The position numbers and the translations under genes are program-made. A DNA stretch of 64,000 nucleotides. Source: Bacilli bacterium. GTDB lineage: Bacteria; Bacillota_I; Bacilli_A; RFN20; UBA1709. Of the stretch, positions 1-9,353 are shown one piece after another. The stretch covers positions 9,264 to 73,263 of the forward strand of contig JAQUUH010000002.1 of the NCBI GenBank assembly GCA_028693955.1, read 5' to 3'. Under the pieces are notes generated by a model. It was not told where the DNA came from, made no database searches, and saw only the letters and a list, made by a program, of their open reading frames with translations. The stretch's first letter is position 1, and each line of letters opens with the position of its first letter.

Positions 1-373
1 ATCTAGTTTTATTGAAGAAAACCTTAAAAATCAAAAAGTAGAAGCCAAAACAGATCCAGAAAATCAAAAAAATATAATTAGTACTTTTGAGAATAAATTT
101 GGAAGACCTCTATCTTTTATTGAAATTGAAACAATTAATAGTTGGCTTGATGAAGGATATGAATTAGATAAAATTAAAATGGCTTTAAATGAAGCAATAA
201 GTATGAAAATCAAAAATGTTCGTTATATTGACAAAATATTATTGGAATGGCGACAACAAGAAGAGAAAGAAAAAGAAGGATATACTACAATTAGTGATAA
301 GTGGAGAAGCGACATTGAAGAAACAAGAAAAATTGCAAGTCTAAATTGGATAGAAAAAAATGACGATAAATAA
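1..373 (+). CDS. dnaD: DnaD-domain replication initiation / membrane attachment protein, 3' end (5'-truncated by window edge)
   Basis: Frame 2 reads through from position 2 as ...FENKFGRPLSFIEIETINSWLDEGYELDKIKMALNEAISMKIKNVRYIDKILLEWRQQ..., the C-terminal DnaD/DnaB_2 domain signature (FxxxFGRPLS...E.E.I..W, ...YI.KIL..W). It is followed by nth as in Bacillus (dnaD-nth). Confidence 0.6.
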   Translation, partial: SSFIEENLKNQKVEAKTDPENQKNIISTFENKFGRPLSFIEIETINSWLDEGYELDKIKMALNEAISMKIKNVRYIDKILLEWRQQEEKEKEGYTTISDKWRSDIEETRKIASLNWIEKNDDK

Positions 374-1001
374 GTCCAGGAAAATTCTAGAATATCTTGA
401 TAAAATACTCCCTGAAGCTAAATGTGAATTAAATTATACTAATATATATGAATTAATGATAAGTGTTATACTATCTGCTCAAACAACAGATAATTCCGTA
501 AACAAAGTAACACCAAATCTTTTTAAAGAATATTCATCATTTAATGATTTGGCCTATGCACCAATAGAAAAGCTAGAAAATCATCTAAAAACACTTGGAC
601 TTTTTAAAATTAAGGCAAATAGAATAAAAGAGGTATCAAATATTATATTAGAAAAATATGGTGGTATTGTTCCAAATAATATTGAAGAGTTAACATCAAT
701 AAAAGGTGTTGGAAGAAAAACTGCTTCTGTTATTCTTGTTGAATATTATAATGTTCAAGCCTTCCCCGTTGATACTCATGTTCATAGAATTGCCATTAGA
801 TTAGAAATTGCAAGTAATAAAGATAGTTTATTTAATGTTGAACAAAAATTGAAGTTATTTTTTAAAGACTACAATTGGAAGAAATTGCATCATCAATTAA
901 TTGCATTTGGAAGATATTATTGCAAAGCAAAAAACCCATTATGTGATAATTGTGAATTAAAAGATTTTTGTTCTTATTATAAAAAAACAAGGAAGTATTA
1001 A
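360..1001 (+). CDS. nth: Endonuclease III (DNA glycosylase / AP lyase)
   Basis: HhH-GPD fold with an LSAQTTD motif, the helix-hairpin-helix SIKGVGRKTASVIL, and a C-terminal C-x6-C-x2-C-x5-C [4Fe-4S] cluster. The ATG overlaps the dnaD stop. Confidence 0.9.
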   Translation: MTINKSRKILEYLDKILPEAKCELNYTNIYELMISVILSAQTTDNSVNKVTPNLFKEYSSFNDLAYAPIEKLENHLKTLGLFKIKANRIKEVSNIILEKYGGIVPNNIEELTSIKGVGRKTASVILVEYYNVQAFPVDTHVHRIAIRLEIASNKDSLFNVEQKLKLFFKDYNWKKLHHQLIAFGRYYCKAKNPLCDNCELKDFCSYYKKTRKY

Positions 1002-1591
1002 TCCTCGTTTTTTTTATTAAAATAAATAGTTTTTATTGTAGATATATAATCTATTGTCAAAATGTAACCTTGTTTTACCAAAAATCCTTTTTCTTCAAAA
1101 ACACTATACGGTATAGATTTTTTAGTAGATTTATAATATTGACCAACAACACTTCCATCTAAAATAAATATTTTATTCAAAAGTTTAAAATTCACTATTA
1201 TAAATCCTATTCCTCCATGTTCAGCAACTCTTAAAAGATGTTCTACTTGATGAGCGTGAATATTTGCTAAAGGAAAAGAAGTTTTATTCATTGTTTCTTT
1301 TGCTTCAAAATCAACATATTTGCCAAGAAATACCCCATTATAATCTGTCGTACTTGGTTGTTCAAAATATGCCTCACAAATTTTGCCAGAAATATTTTTA
1401 TCATTAAACATTTTAACAACTCTTATAGGGGTTGGTTTTTTATAAATTAATGCAATATTATTGTTTTTATAAAATTCATTTGCAATATTTATCTCTTCTT
1501 CAAATTTCATACCCCTATTAATATAGTTGATATTTGAAGAACACTTCTTCCCTTTTACTGTTTCTTTTTTTATCATATTAGGATATTTCAT
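998..1591 (-). CDS. recU: Holliday junction resolvase RecU
   Basis: Near-colinear match to B. subtilis RecU: NRGM..E..IN..N.YY, KKPTPI, AYFEQPSTTDYNGVFLGKYVDFEAKETMNKTSFPLANIHAHQVEHL. The RBS AAGGAG lies 8 nt upstream of the ATG on the minus strand. Confidence 0.9.
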   Translation of the reverse strand: MKYPNMIKKETVKGKKCSSNINYINRGMKFEEEINIANEFYKNNNIALIYKKPTPIRVVKMFNDKNISGKICEAYFEQPSTTDYNGVFLGKYVDFEAKETMNKTSFPLANIHAHQVEHLLRVAEHGGIGFIIVNFKLLNKIFILDGSVVGQYYKSTKKSIPYSVFEEKGFLVKQGYILTIDYISTIKTIYFNKKNED

Positions 1592-1705
1592 TATTTTTAA
1601 GCTCCTTTTTTAATAAAAATCAAAATTACATTACTATTTTATCATAAAAATGATCCAATATTATATCCTATTGTTGCATTTAGATAATGAATGATGCAAA
1701 ATATA

Positions 1706-2052
1706 TATGCGGTTTTGGCAATCGCTGCTTTTATAAGTAGAGGAAAGTCCATGCTCGCACTAACTGAGATGTTAGTAATGATTGTGCTGGTTGAAAAAAT
1801 AAGACCAGGTAAACGGAAGCGTTTAACGGCGGATTGATACCTAAATCTTTATGATATGGTTAAAATCCATAAAGTGCCACAGTGACGTAGCTCTAAGGAA
1901 ACTTAGAGGTGGAACGTTGGTAAACCCCACAAGCGAGAAACCCAAATTTTGGTAGGGGAATTTTTGAGAAAGAAATGAATTTACTCAAAAAATGCTTTGC
2001 ATAGATAAATGATTGCCCGATACAGAACATGGCTTATTAAATCGCAACTTAA
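1706..2052 (+). ncRNA. rnpB: RNase P RNA, type B (Bacillus type)
   Basis: Conserved blocks GAGGAAAGTCCATGCTCGCAC, GTGCCACAGTGACGTAGC, GGTGGAACG, GGTAAACCCCACAAGCGAGAAACCCAAATTTTGGTAGGGGAA, ATGCTTTGCATAGATAAATGATTGCCCGATACAGAACATGGCTTA align with the B. subtilis rnpB P4/P10-P12/P15 regions. A P1 helix GCGGTTT/AAATCGC is plausible. The ends are approximate (+/-10 nt). Confidence 0.85.
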
Positions 2053-2080
2053 CAAAAGAGCTTAGAGCTCTTTTATTTAT
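2053..2080 (+). terminator. Rho-independent terminator after rnpB
   Basis: Hairpin AAAGAGC-TTAGA-GCTCTTT followed by a T run. Confidence 0.5.
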
Positions 2081-2130
2081 TTATCCAATGCTTTATAATA
2101 TTCACATGAGTTATGAGGTGTAATTAATAA

Positions 2131-2730
2131 ATGAAATGGTTTACTAAAATGAATCTTCCAAATAAACTTACTGTTATTCGAATGTTAGCTGTAATTTTAA
2201 TAATAATAATAGCACTTTTTCCTTATCAAGCATTAAATATTAATGTTGTTTCTTTTGCTGTTTTGGGCACAACTTTTTCTCTAACACGTATTTTAATATT
2301 TGTTTTATTCGCATTTGCTTCATTTACAGATTTTCTTGATGGAAATATTGCAAGAAAAAGAGGTATTGTCACTACATTTGGAAAGTTTTTGGATCCAATA
2401 GCCGATAAATTACTTGTTAATGTTTTGTTTATAATACTTACTGTCTGGGGGGAAATTCCAATAATTGTAACTTTAATATTTATTATAAGAGATACAATTG
2501 TTGATGCTATTAGATTAATTGCTATTGATAAACAGGTGGTAATTGCAGCTAGTAAACTTGGAAAATTAAAAACAGTAACTCAAATGATCTCTTTAATATT
2601 TGTTTTACTTTTTATTCCTGGAAAATTAATTATTGTTTATCTTGCTGGAGCCATTTCTTTAATATCTGGAATTGAATATTTTATTAAAAATAGAAAAATT
2701 GTTCTTGAAGGTGCAAATTACAATGGATAA
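2131..2730 (+). CDS. pgsA: CDP-diacylglycerol--glycerol-3-phosphate 3-phosphatidyltransferase
   Basis: CDP-alcohol phosphatidyltransferase motif DFLDGNIARKRGIVTTFGKFLDPIADK within a multi-TM protein. The pgsA-cinA-recA order matches the Bacillus operon. An upstream -10 TATAAT and RBS GAGGTG are present. Confidence 0.85.
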   Translation: MKWFTKMNLPNKLTVIRMLAVILIIIIALFPYQALNINVVSFAVLGTTFSLTRILIFVLFAFASFTDFLDGNIARKRGIVTTFGKFLDPIADKLLVNVLFIILTVWGEIPIIVTLIFIIRDTIVDAIRLIAIDKQVVIAASKLGKLKTVTQMISLIFVLLFIPGKLIIVYLAGAISLISGIEYFIKNRKIVLEGANYNG

Positions 2731-3190
2731 TATTATTAATTTACTTAAATCTAAAAAACTCACTCTTTCTTCTTGTGAAAGCATAACAGGAGGAGGCTTT
2801 GCTAATTATATAACGAATATCCCTGATGCTTCTTGTATCTATAAGGGAGGCTTAGTTACCTACTCTAATGATATTAAAATGCATATAGCTAATATCAAAA
2901 AAGAGACTATACAAAAATATGGAGCCATATCAAAAGAATGTGCCTATGAAATGGCAAAAAATACTAAAGAAATATTTAATAGCGATATTTGTGTATCTTT
3001 TACTGGAAACGCTGGCCCAGCAGCAAGCGAAAGCAAAAAAGTTGGCTTAATATATATTGGATTTGCTTATAAAGATATTGTTGATGTCAAAGAATATTTT
3101 CTAAAAGGATCTAGATCAGATATTAAGAATACTTGTATTAAAATAGCTTTAGAAAAAATTATAAATGAAATTGTTAAGGAATTATCATAA
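2723..3190 (+). CDS. cinA: CinA C-terminal domain protein (PncC-like NMN deamidase, stand-alone)
   Basis: CinA_C signature LSSCESITGGGFANYITNIPDASCIYKGGLVTYSNDIK...FTGNAGP. I place the start at ATG 2723 (ATGGATAA overlapping the pgsA stop) rather than the upstream ATG 2672 in the ORF track. There is no N-terminal MocF/CinA domain. Confidence 0.8.
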   Translation: MDNIINLLKSKKLTLSSCESITGGGFANYITNIPDASCIYKGGLVTYSNDIKMHIANIKKETIQKYGAISKECAYEMAKNTKEIFNSDICVSFTGNAGPAASESKKVGLIYIGFAYKDIVDVKEYFLKGSRSDIKNTCIKIALEKIINEIVKELS

Positions 3191-3239
3191 AATGATATAA
3201 TGATATATAAGATATATATACTTAAGGGGGAGACTGGCT

Positions 3240-4244
3240 TTGGAAAAAAATGTTAATAAAAATAATTTAAATGAAAAATTGGAAGAAACACTAAAAACTA
3301 TTCAAAAACAATTTGGTCAAGGATCAATAATGAAACTCGGAGATAGATCAGAAATTCAGGTTGATTCTGTATCAAGTGGTTCTCTTGCTCTTGATTATGC
3401 TTTAGGGATTGGAGGATATCCAAGAGGAAGAATCGTAGAAATTTATGGTCCTGAGTCTAGTGGTAAAACAACTGTTGCCTTACATGCAATTGCCGAAGCC
3501 CAAAAAGCCGGTGGACGTGCTGCCTTTATTGATGCCGAACACGCCGTTGACCCTGGATATGCAAAAAGACTAGGAGTTAATATTGATGAATTAATTCTTT
3601 CTCAACCAGACTCTGGAGAACAAGCAATGGAAATTGCTGACTTATTGATTAAAAGTAATGCTATTAATTTAATTGTTGTTGATTCTGTTGCGGCTTTAGT
3701 ACCTCAAGCAGAACTTGAAGGAGAAATGATGGATTCGCAAATGGGGTTACAAGCTCGTCTAATGTCAAAGGCCTTAAGAAAAATTGCTGGCAACCTCAAT
3801 AGAACTAATTGCACCATTATTTTTATAAATCAACTTAGAGAAAAAGTTGGTATTATGTTTGGAAATCCTGAAACAACCCCGGGAGGTAGAGCTCTAAAAT
3901 TTTATTCTTCAATTAGATTAGAAGTTAGAAGAAGCGAGGCAATTAAGCAAGGAACAGACATTGTTGGTAATGTTGTTAATATTAAAGTTGTAAAAAATAA
4001 AGTAGCCCCACCATTTAAAACCGCACAAGTAGAAATTATGTATGGTGAAGGGATATCAAAGACTGCTGAAATTCTAGAATTAGCTGTTAACTTTGATATA
4101 ATTAAAAAATCCGGTGCTTGGTATGATTATAATGGTGAAAGAATTGGTCAAGGAAAAGAAAATGTTAAAAAATATTTAAAAGACAATCCATTAATATTCC
4201 AAGAGATATTTCAAAGTGTTAAAGAAAAAATGCTTTCGAAATAA
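3240..4244 (+). CDS. recA: Recombinase RecA
   Basis: Walker [10 protein letters not shown], the L1/L2 loop regions and [25 protein letters not shown]; full-length at 334 aa. A TTG start sits 8 nt downstream of the RBS AAGGGGGAG. Confidence 0.97.
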   Translation: MEKNVNKNNLNEKLEETLKTIQKQFGQGSIMKLGDRSEIQVDSVSSGSLALDYALGIGGYPRGRIVEIYGPESSGKTTVALHAIAEAQKAGGRAAFIDAEHAVDPGYAKRLGVNIDELILSQPDSGEQAMEIADLLIKSNAINLIVVDSVAALVPQAELEGEMMDSQMGLQARLMSKALRKIAGNLNRTNCTIIFINQLREKVGIMFGNPETTPGGRALKFYSSIRLEVRRSEAIKQGTDIVGNVVNIKVVKNKVAPPFKTAQVEIMYGEGISKTAEILELAVNFDIIKKSGAWYDYNGERIGQGKENVKKYLKDNPLIFQEIFQSVKEKMLSK

Positions 4245-4275
4245 AAGTACCTATAATATGGTACTTTTTTTGTTT
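4244..4275 (+). terminator. Rho-independent terminator after recA
   Basis: Hairpin AAAGTACC-TATAATAT-GGTACTTT followed by TTTTTTGTTTTTTT. Confidence 0.6.
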
Positions 4276-4417
4276 TTTTAACCTTCATAAAAATTATTAT
4301 AGTTTTTATTTATTGTTATTCACTCAAAAATATATTAAAATAAATGTGTATGGAAATATAGGCATTCCATTCCGTATTTACAAAAGTACGTTTATTAATA
4401 TTAATAGGAGGATTTAT

Positions 4418-5989
4418 ATGTTATTAGCAGGATTCGCAAATGAATTCTTGCTTCCTCTTATCATAGGTATATTTGGTATAATTATAGGAATAGCTTTAAT
4501 GTATTTTATCCCACTTTCTGGGATTAAGAAAGCTAAAGGACGCGCATCAAGAATAACAAAAGAAGCAGAAATAAAAGCAGAACAAATTGTAAGAAATTCA
4601 CAACTTGATGCCAAAACCACAGTTTATGAGATGAAAGTTGAAGCAGAAAAAGAAATAAAAGAAAGAAAACAAGAAGCATCTGCTTTAGAAAATAAACTAT
4701 TATTGCGTGAACAAAACATTGATCGTCGTGATTTGGCTTTGCAGACCAAAGAAACGAATCTTGAAACAAAATCCGAACAATTAACCGAAAAAATAAATGA
4801 CCTTGATAAAAAAGAAGCAGAATTGAACAAGAGAATTGATTCAATTATTTTAGAGTTAGAAAAAGTTGCCATGATGACTTCACAAGAAGCAAGAAGTGAA
4901 CTATTAAAACGTGTTGAAGAAAAAATAGCCGTTGAAATAGCTTCTTACATTAAAAACCAAGAAGAAGAAGCAAAACTAGTGGCAAATGATAAAGCTAGAA
5001 ATTTAATCGCTTTGGCGATTCAAAAATATTCACAAGAAGTTACAAACGATAGAACAGTTTCAGTTGTTTCTCTTCCTTCTGATGATTTAAAAGGAAGAAT
5101 TATTGGACGTGAAGGAAGAAATATTAGAGCAATTGAACAATTAACTGGTGTTGATTTAATAATAGATGATACTCCAGAGGTAATCACTGTTTCTTGTTTT
5201 GATCCTATCCGTAGAGAAATAGCTCGTTTAGCATTAGAATATTTAATTAAAGACGGAAGAATTCAACCAGGAAGAATTGAAGAGGTTGTTGAAAAATCAA
5301 AAATAGAAGTTCAAGAATCTATTCAAAAAGCTGGAGAAGAAGCTTTATTTAAATTAGGAATATCAAAAATAAACCATGAACTAATTGAATATATTGGTCG
5401 TTTAAAATATCGAACATCATATGGACAAAATGTTTTACAACATTCACTAGAAGTAGCCTTCCTTGCAGGGATTATGGCTAGTGAACTTGGTGTTGATCAA
5501 CATCTCGCAAGAAGAGCTGGATTACTACACGATATTGGTAAGTCTGTTGACTTTGAAATTGAAGGAAGTCATATTGAAATTGGTGTGCGTTTAGCGAAAA
5601 AATATGGTGAACATAAATATGTTATTAATGCAATAGAGTCTCACCATGGTGATGTTCCTGCAAATAACATCATATCTAATTTAGTTGCTGCTGCCGACAC
5701 CTTAAGTGCTGCAAGACCTGGTGCAAGAAGCGAAACTTTAGAAAAGTATATTCAAAGAATTGAAAAACTTGAAGAAATTTCTAAAGGTTTTGACGGAGTA
5801 CAAAGTGCTTATGCAATACAAGCTGGTAGAGAAATTAGAGTAATGGTAGTTCCAGAAAAAATTGATGATATTAAATCATTTAAACTTGCTCGCGATATTC
5901 GTGAAAAAATTGAAAATGAATTAACATATCCTGGTCAAATTAAAGTTACAGTTATTAGAGAAACTAGAGCAAATGAAATAGCAAAATAG
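4418..5989 (+). CDS. rny: Ribonuclease Y
   Basis: N-terminal TM helix, coiled-coil, KH domain ([28 protein letters not shown]) and HD domain (LLHDIGK...ESHHGD). The start is at ATG 4418 after AGGAGG; the ORF track's upstream extension has no RBS. Confidence 0.93.
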   Translation: MLLAGFANEFLLPLIIGIFGIIIGIALMYFIPLSGIKKAKGRASRITKEAEIKAEQIVRNSQLDAKTTVYEMKVEAEKEIKERKQEASALENKLLLREQNIDRRDLALQTKETNLETKSEQLTEKINDLDKKEAELNKRIDSIILELEKVAMMTSQEARSELLKRVEEKIAVEIASYIKNQEEEAKLVANDKARNLIALAIQKYSQEVTNDRTVSVVSLPSDDLKGRIIGREGRNIRAIEQLTGVDLIIDDTPEVITVSCFDPIRREIARLALEYLIKDGRIQPGRIEEVVEKSKIEVQESIQKAGEEALFKLGISKINHELIEYIGRLKYRTSYGQNVLQHSLEVAFLAGIMASELGVDQHLARRAGLLHDIGKSVDFEIEGSHIEIGVRLAKKYGEHKYVINAIESHHGDVPANNIISNLVAAADTLSAARPGARSETLEKYIQRIEKLEEISKGFDGVQSAYAIQAGREIRVMVVPEKIDDIKSFKLARDIREKIENELTYPGQIKVTVIRETRANEIAK

Positions 5990-6001
5990 AATAGAGATGA
6001 T

Positions 6002-6799
6002 TTGATGAGATTTTTATTTATTGGTGATGTAGTTTCAAAAATTGGTCGTCAAATGATATTTGATAATCTTGAAAAGATTAAGGATAAATATAATATAGAT
6101 TTTGTAATAGCAAATGGAGAAAATGCTGCTCATGGAAGAGGTATATCAGTTAATACCTACAACTCTCTTATTAATATGGGGGTTGATGCAATTACTTTGG
6201 GTAACCATTTTAACTCTTGTAATCAATCAAATAATTTTTATGTTAATGCCACAAAACTAATTAGGCCTCTAAACATTCATCCTAGTGCCACAGGATTAGG
6301 CACTAGGGTCTTTGATTTTAATAACATTTCTTTTAGAATAACTAATATTCTTGGCAGAGTTTTTATTAATGCCTTAAATCCTCAAAACCCTTTTGATGTT
6401 CTTGATGAATTATTGACTAAATGTGAAGAAAAGATTCATATAATTGATTTTCATGGAGAAGCAACTGGAGAAAAAATGGCGTTTGCTTGGAATTTTGATG
6501 GCAAAGTAAGTGCTGTTTTAGGTACACATACTCATGTTCAAACAATGGACAATAGAATACTACCAAATGGGACTGCTTACATTAGTGATGTAGGAATGAC
6601 CGGACCATATGATGGGATAATTGGTGCAAAAAAAGAAGAGATAATTTTTAAAACCCGAACGGGTTTACCTGCAAAGTTTGATGTTGAAATGGGTAGAGGT
6701 CAACTCAACGCCGTCGTTCTTGAAATTGATGATAAAACTGGAAAAGCATTATCAATTAAAAGAATTTATATTTCTCCCGATTATAGCGAAGGAATATAG
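6002..6799 (+). CDS. ymdB: 2',3'-cyclic-nucleotide 2'-phosphodiesterase YmdB (calcineurin-like metallophosphoesterase)
   Basis: Colinear with B. subtilis YmdB: MR.LFIGDVV, IANGENAAHG+G, GNH, FHGEATGEK.A..W..DG+.SAV.GTHTHVQT.DNRILP.GTAYI.DVGMTGPYDGI.G. The rny-ymdB adjacency is conserved. Confidence 0.85.
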   Translation: MMRFLFIGDVVSKIGRQMIFDNLEKIKDKYNIDFVIANGENAAHGRGISVNTYNSLINMGVDAITLGNHFNSCNQSNNFYVNATKLIRPLNIHPSATGLGTRVFDFNNISFRITNILGRVFINALNPQNPFDVLDELLTKCEEKIHIIDFHGEATGEKMAFAWNFDGKVSAVLGTHTHVQTMDNRILPNGTAYISDVGMTGPYDGIIGAKKEEIIFKTRTGLPAKFDVEMGRGQLNAVVLEIDDKTGKALSIKRIYISPDYSEGI

Positions 6800-6812
6800 C
6801 AAATATTTTATC

Positions 6813-6835
6813 TAAAGGGCTATGCCCTTTTTATA
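6813..6835 (+). terminator. Rho-independent terminator after ymdB
   Basis: Hairpin AAGGGC-TAT-GCCCTT followed by TTTTATATT. Confidence 0.55.
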
Positions 6836-6847
6836 TTATTTATTTTG

Positions 6848-6876
6848 TTGACCACTATTGTCTAAGTAGGTATAAT
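6848..6876 (+). promoter_or_regulatory. Sigma-A-type promoter for the ABC transporter operon
   Basis: A -35 TTGACC, a 17-nt spacer and a -10 TATAAT, followed by the RBS AAGGAGGTG 6 nt before ATG 6894. Confidence 0.55.
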
Positions 6877-6893
6877 TTTAAGGAGGTGATTTT

Positions 6894-7619
6894 ATGATAT
6901 TAATTAGCAATGCAACAAAGAGTTATGGATCTGATTTTAAGGCCGTTGACAATTTGTCGTTGGAAATTAGAGATGGTGAAATTTTTGGGTTTATTGGTCC
7001 TAATGGGGCTGGTAAAACAACTACTATAAAAATGATGACCGGAATTACTGGATTTGATACAGGAAACATAACGATCAATAATATTGATATAACAAAAGAA
7101 CCAATTGAAGCAAAAAAACAATTTGGATTTGTTCCTGATAGTCCCGATATGTTTTTAAGACTTAAAGGCGTTGAATACTTAAATTTTATGGCTGATATTT
7201 ACGATGTACCTAAAGACCTAAGAGATACAAGAATTATTGATTTAGCAGAAAAATTTGGTATGAGTGATGCCCTTACAGACACAATACAAAGTTATTCTCA
7301 TGGAATGAGACAAAAAATAGTATTAATGGGTGCTTTAGTTCATGAACCAAAAGTATGGATTCTTGATGAGCCAATGACTGGATTAGATCCAAAGTCTTCT
7401 TTTTTGTTAAAAGAAATGATGAGAGAACACTCAAGAAAAGGAAATGCAGTTTTCTTTTCCACTCACGTCTTAGAAGTTGCCGAAAAACTATGTGATAGAA
7501 TAGGAATAATTAATAAAGGAAAACTAATTTTTAATGGAACAATGGAAGAATTGCGCAATAAATTTGAACCTGGCGATTCACTAGAAAAAATATTTTTGGA
7601 GATGACAAAAGGTGAGTAA
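6894..7619 (+). CDS. ABC transporter ATP-binding protein (ABC-2 exporter type)
   Basis: Walker A GPNGAGKTTT, Q-loop, ABC signature-like SHGMRQK, Walker B ILDEP and an H-loop FSTH. Confidence 0.85.
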   Translation: MILISNATKSYGSDFKAVDNLSLEIRDGEIFGFIGPNGAGKTTTIKMMTGITGFDTGNITINNIDITKEPIEAKKQFGFVPDSPDMFLRLKGVEYLNFMADIYDVPKDLRDTRIIDLAEKFGMSDALTDTIQSYSHGMRQKIVLMGALVHEPKVWILDEPMTGLDPKSSFLLKEMMREHSRKGNAVFFSTHVLEVAEKLCDRIGIINKGKLIFNGTMEELRNKFEPGDSLEKIFLEMTKGE

Positions 7620-9345
7620 AACTTTACATCTTGCCAAAATACTTCTAAAATCAGCATCAAATTTTTCTGCAAATTCCTCTCCTTTATCATTAAATAAAAA
7701 TCGCAAAGCATTAAATGGTAAAAGTAAATTTTTACTTTATGCAGTAATGATTGTTTTGATTGTTTCTTCTGTGTGCGTTCCTTTAGGAATAGCTATGAAA
7801 GAAATGACAACTGCTTTATTGCCACTAGGTATTGCTGATGGCCTATTTTATATAATTTTACCAATAGCAACTATAGCTTTATTAGTAATTTCAATATTTA
7901 CAGTAATAAGTGTCTTATTTTTGTCTACCGACAATGCTGTTTTGCTATCCATGCCCTTAAAACCTAGAGAGATTATTGTCGCTAGATTTTTGAATATTAT
8001 ACTTTATACTTATTTAATTATTGCAATGTTTATAATCCCTGCATTTATTGGCTATGGTATAGCAACGGGCGCTGGGATACTCTTTTATATTATTTCTTTA
8101 ATAGAAATATTATTATTGCCTGTTATTCCCCTTTCTGTTTTGCTTTTGATTTTAGTTTTAATATTACAATATTCAAACTTAACAAAACACAGAGATCTTT
8201 TTACCTATATTTCAATGGGATTGACTCTTGTTATTGCTCTTGGTTTTAACTTCATATTTCAAAAAGCTTTTATGAGTGTAGAAATTGATCCTTCTCAACT
8301 TGCGGAAAATATAAGGGCAATTGTTGATGGTTACGCTGGGGTATTGGTAAAGTTTTTACCACAATTAATACCAGCTATTAATGCTCTTACATCTTCTAGT
8401 GTTTGGTTACAATTACTTAATATTTTAATATATATTGTAGCTTCCATTGCTGTTTTTGTAATTGTAATATTTATTGCAAGTCCAATTTACTTTAAATCTA
8501 TTAAAGGCTCTGATGAAAAGGGAGCAAAAAGAAAGAAAAAGAAAAGCAACGAAACTGTACTACAAAAATCCAAAACAAAAGGACTTTTCAAAAGTTCTGT
8601 TATTGTTGAATGGAAACTCATGGTAAGAAGTCCTATTTATTTTTTAAATTTAATATTTGTAATAATTCTTGTCCCATTAATAATGATAGTATCTATGGTC
8701 TTTAGTCTTGGCGCTGCAGGAGAAAGTATTAACATGAATCAAATTATGGAAGTACTATCCTCATTAGGATTAACACTTAGTTCTCCATTAGGATTCTTGG
8801 TGTTTTTTGGAATTTTGTTATTTTTAACAAGTGTTAATTTAATATCTTCAACTGCAGCATCTAGAATGGGAAAATCAGCCTCATTTGTAAAATATATACC
8901 TTGCAACACATTAACAACTGTAAACATTAAGACTTTTTGGGGAAATGTTTTGGGTATTGGCCCTGCCTTATTAATTGCTATAGCTCTTGGTGCTTTTAAA
9001 ATTATAAGTGTTTTAGACATGGTTGCTTTAATACTTCCAATAGTGCCTTCATTTTTGGTTTTAAACTATTTAGGATTTATCATTGATGCAAAAAATCCAA
9101 AACTAAACTGGGTGAATGAAACGCAAGCCGTTAAGTCAAACTTAAACTCCATGTTCTATCTATTTGGTGTCTGGGGTATAGTTGGAATACTAGTTGCTCT
9201 TGGGTTCTTACTTAATAAAGCCAATATTCCTTATTCTGGATACATTTTATCGTTATTTATCACATTATTAGGAATAGTTGCTATAATAATTATCACAAAA
9301 TATTTTAAAAAGAATGATGATACATTCTTTAATAAATTATCATAG
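7612..9345 (+). CDS. ABC transporter permease, ~12 TM, two 6-TM halves joined by a lysine-rich cytoplasmic loop
   Basis: GTG start overlapping the ATPase stop (translational coupling). Hydrophobic throughout with a central KGAKRKKKKSNETVLQKSKTKG loop. No recognisable substrate-binding or FtsX-type extracytoplasmic domain. Confidence 0.6.
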   Translation: MSKTLHLAKILLKSASNFSANSSPLSLNKNRKALNGKSKFLLYAVMIVLIVSSVCVPLGIAMKEMTTALLPLGIADGLFYIILPIATIALLVISIFTVISVLFLSTDNAVLLSMPLKPREIIVARFLNIILYTYLIIAMFIIPAFIGYGIATGAGILFYIISLIEILLLPVIPLSVLLLILVLILQYSNLTKHRDLFTYISMGLTLVIALGFNFIFQKAFMSVEIDPSQLAENIRAIVDGYAGVLVKFLPQLIPAINALTSSSVWLQLLNILIYIVASIAVFVIVIFIASPIYFKSIKGSDEKGAKRKKKKSNETVLQKSKTKGLFKSSVIVEWKLMVRSPIYFLNLIFVIILVPLIMIVSMVFSLGAAGESINMNQIMEVLSSLGLTLSSPLGFLVFFGILLFLTSVNLISSTAASRMGKSASFVKYIPCNTLTTVNIKTFWGNVLGIGPALLIAIALGAFKIISVLDMVALILPIVPSFLVLNYLGFIIDAKNPKLNWVNETQAVKSNLNSMFYLFGVWGIVGILVALGFLLNKANIPYSGYILSLFITLLGIVAIIIITKYFKKNDDTFFNKLS

Positions 9346-9353
9346 GAGAATAA

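Noticed and set aside
4414-4872. Three antisense ORFs (68, 103 and 82 aa) inside the 5' part of rny
   Set aside because: They are low-complexity, Leu/Phe-rich read-through of the antisense strand of an AT-rich Lys/Glu-rich coiled-coil coding region, with no RBS and no conservation signal.
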